Positions 35,742 through 41,795 of a stretch of DNA of 41,795 nucleotides are shown one piece after another (position 1 is the stretch's first letter; each line of letters starts with the position of its first letter). The notes under the pieces were generated by a model. That model ran no database searches and had not been told where the DNA came from. It was given only the letters and a program-made list of their open reading frames with translations. The translations under genes were made by a program, and so were the position numbers. Source of the stretch: a bacterium. Lineage in GTDB: Bacteria > JADJOY01. Where the stretch lies: the NCBI GenBank assembly GCA_046331705.1, contig JAXLQJ010000061.1, positions 1 through 41,795 of the forward strand. The letters run 5' to 3'.

Positions 35742-37171
35742 GGGACCGCTCCCGCGGCGTCGACGGCGGCGGTCGCGGCGGCGCGCGCGGCGCGATCCGC
35801 ACGGCGCGCCTCCCAGGTCGAGTCGCGAATCCGGATCAGGTCGTCGCGATCGAGGGTCTCGAGCAGCCGCCAGCCGGTCTCGATGGTCTCGCCGATCGTG
35901 CGCCGCGCTCCGGCCTGGCCCACCAGCTCCGCCTCGAAGCGATCGGCGAACGCGAGCGCGCGGCGATCGGCGTCGGCGAGCCCCGCCTCGCCGACGATCG
36001 CCGCCATCAGACGGGCCTCGCGGCCCTGGGTGTAGCTCGCGTAGAGCTGGTCGGCCCAATCGCGGTGCTCGGCCACCGTGTGCGACGCACCGATGCCAGA
36101 GTTCATGAGTCGCGACAACGACGGCAGCACGTCGATCGGCGGCGACACGCCACGCCGGTGCAGCTCGGGGCTGAGCACCAGCTGGCCCTCGGTGATGTAG
36201 CCGGTGAGGTCCGGGATGGGGTGGGTCATGTCGTTGTCGAGCATCGTGAGGATCGGCAGCTGGGTCACCGAGCCGGGCCTGCCGTCGAGGATGCCGGCGC
36301 GCTCGAGGAGCGCCGCGAGATCCGTGTACATCGAGCCGGGGTAGCCGCGGCGGCCGGGGATCTCCTCGCGCGCGGTGGCCAGCTCGCGCAAGGTCTCGCA
36401 GTAGTGCGCGAGGTCCGCCATCACCACCAGCACGTGCAAGCCCGCGTGGAATGCGAGGAACTCGGCCTGAGCGAGGGCCACCCGCGGCGCCAGGATGCGT
36501 TCGATCGAGGGGTCGCGGGTCTCGTTGAGATAGAGGACCGCGCGCGCCAGTGCTCCCGAGCGCTCGAAGCGCTCGAGGAACGTCTGCGTCTCGCGGGTGG
36601 TGATGCCCATGCCCACGAACACCACGGCGAAGGGCTCGCCGCGGGGCGCGCGCGCACCCTCCACGATCTGCGCCGCCAGCTCGAGCCCCGGCAGGCCGGC
36701 CCCGGAAAAGACCGGCAGCTTCTGGCCGCGCACCAGCGTGTTGAGCCCGTCGATGGCCGAGATCCCGGTCTCGATGAAATCGCACGGCTTGGCGCGGCGC
36801 GCCGGATTCATCGGCGCGCCTTGGACCGAGCGCAGCTCTTCGCCGACGGGCGGCGGCAGCCCGTCGCGGGGACGGCCGGCGCCGTCCAGCACGCGCCCGA
36901 GAAGCTCGCGCCCCACGGGCACGGACGCCACCTCGCCGGTGAGCACGACGTCGCAGCGCGCGGGCGCCAGACCGAGCGTGTCGTCGAGGACTTGCACGAC
37001 GGTCAGCGCCTCGCCCGCGTCGATGACCTGCCCGCGGCGCGCGGCCTGGCCCGGCATCGCGATCGTCACCCATTCGCCGAGGGCCACGCGGCGCGTGCCG
37101 CGCAGGAAGAGCAGCGGCCCCGACGACCCCGAGGCGCCGTGGTACGTGCGCGGCGGCAACGGACCGATCAC
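35738..37171 (-). CDS. ntpB: V/A-type ATP synthase subunit B
   Basis: ETGISAIDGLNTLVRGQKLPVFSG, PGRRGYPGSMYTDLA, THPIPDLTGYITEGQ, LPSLSRLM. Confidence 0.96.
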   Translation of the reverse strand: MIGPLPPRTYHGASGSSGPLLFLRGTRRVALGEWVTIAMPGQAARRGQVIDAGEALTVVQVLDDTLGLAPARCDVVLTGEVASVPVGRELLGRVLDGAGRPRDGLPPPVGEELRSVQGAPMNPARRAKPCDFIETGISAIDGLNTLVRGQKLPVFSGAGLPGLELAAQIVEGARAPRGEPFAVVFVGMGITTRETQTFLERFERSGALARAVLYLNETRDPSIERILAPRVALAQAEFLAFHAGLHVLVVMADLAHYCETLRELATAREEIPGRRGYPGSMYTDLAALLERAGILDGRPGSVTQLPILTMLDNDMTHPIPDLTGYITEGQLVLSPELHRRGVSPPIDVLPSLSRLMNSGIGASHTVAEHRDWADQLYASYTQGREARLMAAIVGEAGLADADRRALAFADRFEAELVGQAGARRTIGETIETGWRLLETLDRDDLIRIRDSTWEARRADRAARAAATAAVDAAGAVP

Positions 37172-38961
37172 GGCGCCGCCTGCGCAGCCGCCTGTGCCGG
37201 CGGCGCCGCCGCGCCAGCGCCGAGCGCGTCGATCGCTGCCGCCGCGCGCGCCGCGCGTTCCTCGATCTCGGCGAGCGGCGCGAGGCGGATCGCCGCCAGC
37301 ATGCGCCTGAGCGGCCCGAGCTCGAGCGCGTCGAAGCGCACGCCACCCTGAATTCGCTCCGCGGCAACCCGATGCGCGCGCACCACCAGCTCCGCGAGGC
37401 GGCTGGTCTTCGCGGGCGGCGAGGCCGCGTCGTGGGGATCGAAGGCGCTCTGTCCGAGCACCACGTCGCGCGCCAGCCGCGCCGTCTCGAGCAGCAAGCG
37501 GTCCTGGTCCTGGAGCGCATCGGGCCCGACCAGCCCGGCGATGTCGAGGACCTCGCGGCCGCGACCGAGCAGCGCCAGCAGCTCGCGCCGCAGCTCGCTC
37601 CACTGCGCGGCGCCGCGCGCGGCGAACCACGGGCCGAGCCGCTCCGCGTACGCCGAGTAGCTGGTCTCCCAATCCACCGCGGGGAACTGGCGCTGGTGCG
37701 CGAGCGCGGGATCGAGCGCCCACAAGGCACCCGCGACCCGCAGCGTCGCCTGCGTCACCGGCTCGGCCAGGTCGCCGCCAGGAGGCGAGACCGCGGCGAT
37801 CAGGGTCACCGAGCCGGTCCGCGGCTGCGCGCCGCCGCACGCCTCGACGCGCCCCGCGCGCTCGTAGAACTGACCGATGCGATTGCCGAGATACGTCGGA
37901 TAACCCTCCTCGCCCGGCATCTCGGCGAGACGCGCGCCGATCTCGCGCAGCGCTTCCGCCCAGCGCGACAGGCTGTCGGCGAGCATCAGCACCCGGTAGC
38001 CCTGATCGCGGTAGTACTCCGCGATCGTCATGCCCAGGTACACGGACGCTTCCCGCGCCGCCACCGGCATGTTCGAGGTGTTCACCACCATCACCGTGCG
38101 GTCGAGGATCGAGCGCTGCGTGGTCGGATCGACGAGCTTGGGGAACTCCTGAAGCACCTCGGACATCTCGTTGCCGCGCTCGCCGCAACCGACGTAGACG
38201 ACCACGTCCGCGTCGGCGTGCTTGGCGAGCGAATGCTCGATCACGGTCTTGCCGGTGCCGAACCCGCCCGGCACCGCCACCGAGCCGCCCTCGGCCACCG
38301 GGAAGAAGAGGTCGAAGACCCGCTGCCGCGTGACCAGCGGCCGATCTCCCGGCAACCGTCGCGCGACCGGCCGCGGCTCGCGCACCGGCCATCCGTGGGC
38401 GAGCGCCAGCGGCGTGCCATCGGCGAGATGGCCGATCGCTTCGTGGACGGTGTACGACCCCGCCGCCAGATCGGCGATCACCCCGCTCGTCCGCGGCGGC
38501 ACCAGCACCCGGTGCTCGAACCCGCCGCGCTCGATCACGGTTCCGAGAACGTCGCCGCCGCGGACGCTCGCACCCGCAGCAGCGAGCGGCAGGAACGAGA
38601 AACGCGCGGCGCCGTCGAGGGTGGCCGCCCGCGCGCCGGGCTCGATGAAGGCGCCCATGGTGGCCGCCAGCACAGGCAACGGCCTGCCGACGCCGTCGAG
38701 GATCGAACCCAAGAGCCCCGGACCGAGCTGCGCCGCGAGCGTCTGCCCGGTCCCTTCCACCGGCTCTCCGGTGGCGAGCCCCGAGGTGTCCTCGTAGACC
38801 TGGAGGGTGGCGGTCGCCTCGTGGATGCGCACCACCTCGCCGAGCAAGCCGCGCGCGCCGACGCGCACCAGCTCGTAGAGCGCGGCGCCCCGCATCGGCT
38901 CCGCCTCGGCGAGCGGCCCCGCCACGCGGACGAGGCGCGCGGCTTCGTCGGCGCGGGTCAT
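37168..38961 (-). CDS. ntpA: V/A-type ATP synthase subunit A (catalytic)
   Basis: P-loop GGFGTGKT, GCGERGNEM, NTSNMPVAAREAS, MPGEEGYP, VSPPGGD. Confidence 0.96.
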   Translation of the reverse strand: MTRADEAARLVRVAGPLAEAEPMRGAALYELVRVGARGLLGEVVRIHEATATLQVYEDTSGLATGEPVEGTGQTLAAQLGPGLLGSILDGVGRPLPVLAATMGAFIEPGARAATLDGAARFSFLPLAAAGASVRGGDVLGTVIERGGFEHRVLVPPRTSGVIADLAAGSYTVHEAIGHLADGTPLALAHGWPVREPRPVARRLPGDRPLVTRQRVFDLFFPVAEGGSVAVPGGFGTGKTVIEHSLAKHADADVVVYVGCGERGNEMSEVLQEFPKLVDPTTQRSILDRTVMVVNTSNMPVAAREASVYLGMTIAEYYRDQGYRVLMLADSLSRWAEALREIGARLAEMPGEEGYPTYLGNRIGQFYERAGRVEACGGAQPRTGSVTLIAAVSPPGGDLAEPVTQATLRVAGALWALDPALAHQRQFPAVDWETSYSAYAERLGPWFAARGAAQWSELRRELLALLGRGREVLDIAGLVGPDALQDQDRLLLETARLARDVVLGQSAFDPHDAASPPAKTSRLAELVVRAHRVAAERIQGGVRFDALELGPLRRMLAAIRLAPLAEIEERAARAAAAIDALGAGAAAPPAQAAAQAAP

Positions 38962-39287
38962 CCCAGCCTCACGCGATAGCCGATCGCCTGACGCAACAGC
39001 TCGACCACGAACGCCTCGGGCCCACTGGTGGCGGGGCGAAAGCTCGGTCCCGGGAATGGCACGACCAAAGGCAGCGAGCGGCGGGCGATCTCGCGCGCGG
39101 CCGCGGGATCGAGCGCCGCGTAGACCTCGTCCTCGACCAGCACCACGCCGAGGGTGGGATCGGCGAGCATGTCGCTCAGCACCCGCGCGCCGGCCGCCGC
39201 GTCCTCGACCTCGCACGTGGCGAGGCCGGCGAGCGCGAACCCGGCGCTCACCGCTGGACGGCCGACGACCACGACCCCCTTCGCCAT
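38958..39287 (-). CDS. ntpF: V/A-type ATP synthase subunit F
   Basis: GFALAG, RQAIG; size and position in the operon. Confidence 0.9.
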   Translation of the reverse strand: MAKGVVVVGRPAVSAGFALAGLATCEVEDAAAGARVLSDMLADPTLGVVLVEDEVYAALDPAAAREIARRSLPLVVPFPGPSFRPATSGPEAFVVELLRQAIGYRVRLG

Positions 39288-39291
39288 CGCC

Positions 39292-40362
39292 TCAGACCTC
39301 GGTCAGCCCCGCGCGCCGAATCTCGGGCGGCACGCCGAGCGCGATGCCCCAGATGAGCGCGCGCAGGTTGCGTACCTCGTTGCGCAGCGCGAGAAAGAAG
39401 AGCGCCACCCGCGCCGGCCCGATCGGCGCGCTCACGACGCGGCCCCGCAGGATGCGCGCGCGCCGCGCCGCCAGCGCCGTCTCGAGCGTCACGGGATCGC
39501 CGGCCGCGCCGCGCACCGCCGCGGCCAGGCCACGATCGCGGCGCTCGCACGCGGACGCGAGGATCGCGCTCGCGTCGCTGGCCTCCGCGGCGCTCGCCGC
39601 CGCGACGAAGGCCGCGCGATCGAGCACCGCACCGCCCTCGACGAACGCGCGTGGCGCGTCGACGTCGTGACCCTCGGCGGCGAGACGCAGCGCCGCCTGG
39701 AGATTGCTCGCGTCGACGATCTCGGCGACCAACGCGGTGAGCGGTTCGCCGACGCGCGCCGCCCCGAGCGTCGCCGAGCGGGCAAACGCATCGACCAGCG
39801 CCGCTTCCACGCGGAAGAGATCGGGCTCCGCGCCCTCGCTCACCACCGGCGCCAGCGCGGCGCCGAACGGATGGCGCCACGCCACCAGCAGCGCCACGAT
39901 TCGCGCCGGCCGCGGCTCGCGGGCGAGAAGCTCGAGGGCGCGATTCGGCAAGCCGGGCGTGGGCACCAGGCCGGCGAGACGGCTCTCCGCGGGCGCACCG
40001 ACCACCGCGCCACGAATCAGCGCGCGCACGCTGCGCAGATCCTCGGCATCCAGGAACACCGCGAGCGCGTCGCGCGCTCCGTCGACGTCGAGCCAGCGCG
40101 CCAGCGTGCCGATCGCGTGCGCCGCGTGTCGCCGCACGGCCAGCTCGAGGCCGAGCGCCGTGGGACGCGCGGGTGCCGCGCTCGCTCCCGGCACCGCACG
40201 AGGCGCCGACGAGCCGGCTTCGGCCACGGGGATCCCTGCGCGCGCGAGGCGCGCCGCAAGCGCCGGTAGATCGGGGGCCTCCGCGAGCTCGTCGAGGGCG
40301 CGCCGATCGAGGCGACGAGCCATGAGCCCGGCGGCGCGGGTCGCGACGGCCTCCCAGCGCAT
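39292..40362 (-). CDS. ntpC: V/A-type ATP synthase subunit C (d)
   Basis: ATG 40362 (TGATG overlap). D..NL motifs, EVRNLRALIWG; position between E and F. Confidence 0.85.
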   Translation of the reverse strand: MRWEAVATRAAGLMARRLDRRALDELAEAPDLPALAARLARAGIPVAEAGSSAPRAVPGASAAPARPTALGLELAVRRHAAHAIGTLARWLDVDGARDALAVFLDAEDLRSVRALIRGAVVGAPAESRLAGLVPTPGLPNRALELLAREPRPARIVALLVAWRHPFGAALAPVVSEGAEPDLFRVEAALVDAFARSATLGAARVGEPLTALVAEIVDASNLQAALRLAAEGHDVDAPRAFVEGGAVLDRAAFVAAASAAEASDASAILASACERRDRGLAAAVRGAAGDPVTLETALAARRARILRGRVVSAPIGPARVALFFLALRNEVRNLRALIWGIALGVPPEIRRAGLTEV

Positions 40363-40949
40363 CACGGCGCCTCGCTCGCCACGCGCGCGGCGATCGCCGG
40401 CAGCAGCGCCGCGCGCGACCGGACCAACCGCGCCTCCAGCGTCGCGTCGATCTCGAACGAGCCGTCGACGGCTTGCACCCGAGCGCCGGTGCCCGCCCCC
40501 GCGTCCGCCTCGATCCGCACCCCGCGGCGACCCGCGAAGCGCTCCCCGAGCGCGGCGACGAGCTCGGGCGAAGCGCGCACGAGCACCGCGGCCTCGCCGG
40601 CGCAGTCGATCGCATCGCCGACGGCGGCGGCCACCCGCTCGCGACTCGCAGTGCTCGCCAGCAGCTCGGGCAGTCGTTGCCGCGCCAGCTCCATCACCCG
40701 CTCGAGGGCCTCGGCGCGCGCCGCGAGCACCCTGCTCTCGGCGCCGTGTCGCGCGGCGGCGATCGCCTGCCGAGATTCGGCGCGCAGCTGCTGCTCGCTC
40801 GCAGCGAGCCTGCGCTCGCGCTGACGTCGGCACTCGGCGGCGGCGGACGCGCGGATCCGCGCCGCGTCCTCTTCCGCGGCGCGCACCACCGCGGCGGCGC
40901 GCTCGTCGGTCTCGCGCTCGAGCGCCGCGAGTAATCGATCGAGAGCCAT
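40362..40949 (-). CDS. ntpE: V/A-type ATP synthase subunit E
   Basis: MALDRLL, coiled-coil N-half, IDATLEARL; position after K. Confidence 0.85.
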   Translation of the reverse strand: MALDRLLAALERETDERAAAVVRAAEEDAARIRASAAAECRRQRERRLAASEQQLRAESRQAIAAARHGAESRVLAARAEALERVMELARQRLPELLASTASRERVAAAVGDAIDCAGEAAVLVRASPELVAALGERFAGRRGVRIEADAGAGTGARVQAVDGSFEIDATLEARLVRSRAALLPAIAARVASEAP

Positions 40950-40959
40950 GACGTCCTCG

Positions 40960-41184
40960 TCAGCCCGCGCCGCCGCGCAGCAGGATCATGAGCGCCACGA
41001 CGAAGCCGAGGATCACCATCGTCTCGGGGATGGCGAGGAGGATGATCGCGGTGGTGCTGAGCTCGGGCTTCTCGGCGAGGCTCGCCGCCGCGGCGGGACC
41101 GATCCGGGATTGGGCCCACGCCGTCGCCAGCGCCGGCACGGCGATCGCGACCGCTGCACTCAACACGATGGCCAAGGTCTCCAT
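40960..41184 (-). CDS. ntpK: V/A-type ATP synthase subunit K (c), single hairpin
   Basis: AAGGAG RBS before ATG 41184. AQSRIG..AEKPE..AIPET with the conserved Glu; 74 aa. Confidence 0.93.
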   Translation of the reverse strand: METLAIVLSAAVAIAVPALATAWAQSRIGPAAAASLAEKPELSTTAIILLAIPETMVILGFVVALMILLRGGAG

Positions 41185-41204
41185 GAGCAGCTCCTTCGTC
41201 CTCG

Positions 41205-41795
41205 TCACACGGCATCGGCGAGCGCCGGCCGAGGATGCGCGAGAGGTCGATACGAATGCCCCCCTGGGCTGAAGAACGTGCCGAAGAACTCCACGTAATG
41301 AAGACGCAGCGCGTGAACCACGGGGCCGAAGAGCCCGAGGGCGAAGTTCACGGCGTGGAAGAGCAGCGCGAAGAGCGCGCCCACCAACGCGCTGCCGAAC
41401 GCGCCGACCATGTGGTTGGCGACCACCGCGAACATCACCGACGCCGTGCCGAGCGCCATGATGCGCGCGTAGGACAGCACGTGGGCGAACGCCATGAAGA
41501 GCTCGATCGGCGCGACGATGCCCTCCACCAGCACCAGCACCGGAAAGCCGAGCAACACCGCCACCACGAGGGGACGGAGCAGGCCCGCGGGCAGCACCCG
41601 CAACGCCGCCAGCACCGCGACGCCGATCAGCACCAGCATGACGGCGGAGATCGCGTGGGCCGCGGCGGTACGCCCGTGCACGCGGAGATTCGTGAGCACG
41701 CCCAAGACCAGCCCGAGCAACACGTGGACGGAGCCCAGCGCGAACGCCAGCCCCAGGAACGCCACCACGCGCTCGCCGCGGTCGAAGAAGAGCGG
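41205..41795 (-). CDS. ntpI: V/A-type ATP synthase subunit I (a), C-terminal part (partial)
   Basis: LSYARIMALG (essential Arg), HALRLHYVEFF. Continues beyond the window end. Confidence 0.93.
   Translation of the reverse strand, partial: PLFFDRGERVVAFLGLAFALGSVHVLLGLVLGVLTNLRVHGRTAAAHAISAVMLVLIGVAVLAALRVLPAGLLRPLVVAVLLGFPVLVLVEGIVAPIELFMAFAHVLSYARIMALGTASVMFAVVANHMVGAFGSALVGALFALLFHAVNFALGLFGPVVHALRLHYVEFFGTFFSPGGHSYRPLAHPRPALADAV

Overview
High-GC bacterial window, probably Myxococcota/Deltaproteobacteria-like (inferred from gene content: sigma54 two-component system, MopE-like repeats, V/A-ATPase). It holds about 37 credible protein genes, two cut by the window edges; I saw no rRNA, tRNA, IS element or CRISPR array. 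Five blocks: (1) 0.6-7.9 kb, a sigma54-type redox/sensing locus: enhancer-like palindromes, IHF-like site and -24/-12 promoter, then a membrane-anchored GcvH-like protein with His in place of the lipoyl-Lys, a fused HybA/HybB(NrfD)-like 4x[4Fe-4S] membrane protein with no catalytic subunit, a heme-c sensor kinase, an NtrC-type regulator, archaemetzincin and YgbA. This is the best candidate for an uncharacterised system. (2) 8.7-17.6 kb, a catabolic region (carboxylesterase; Rieske oxygenase, amidohydrolase, acetoacetate decarboxylase-like protein, SDR, arylsulfotransferase-like lipoprotein) whose two promoters share tandem AraC-type boxes, next to an AraC gene. (3) 17.6-27.3 kb, secreted/envelope enzymes (M14-like, PhoD, large M4/M36 protease with a Cys-containing C-terminal anchor, GT-C glycosyltransferase, Cys-rich lipoprotein, HSL esterase). 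(4) 27.3-35.0 kb, two divergent TetR units with clear palindromic operators (a P450; a four-gene operon). (5) 35.1-41.8 kb, a V/A-type ATP synthase operon I-K-E-C-F-A-B-D. Family calls come from motif recognition by eye; no database search was run.
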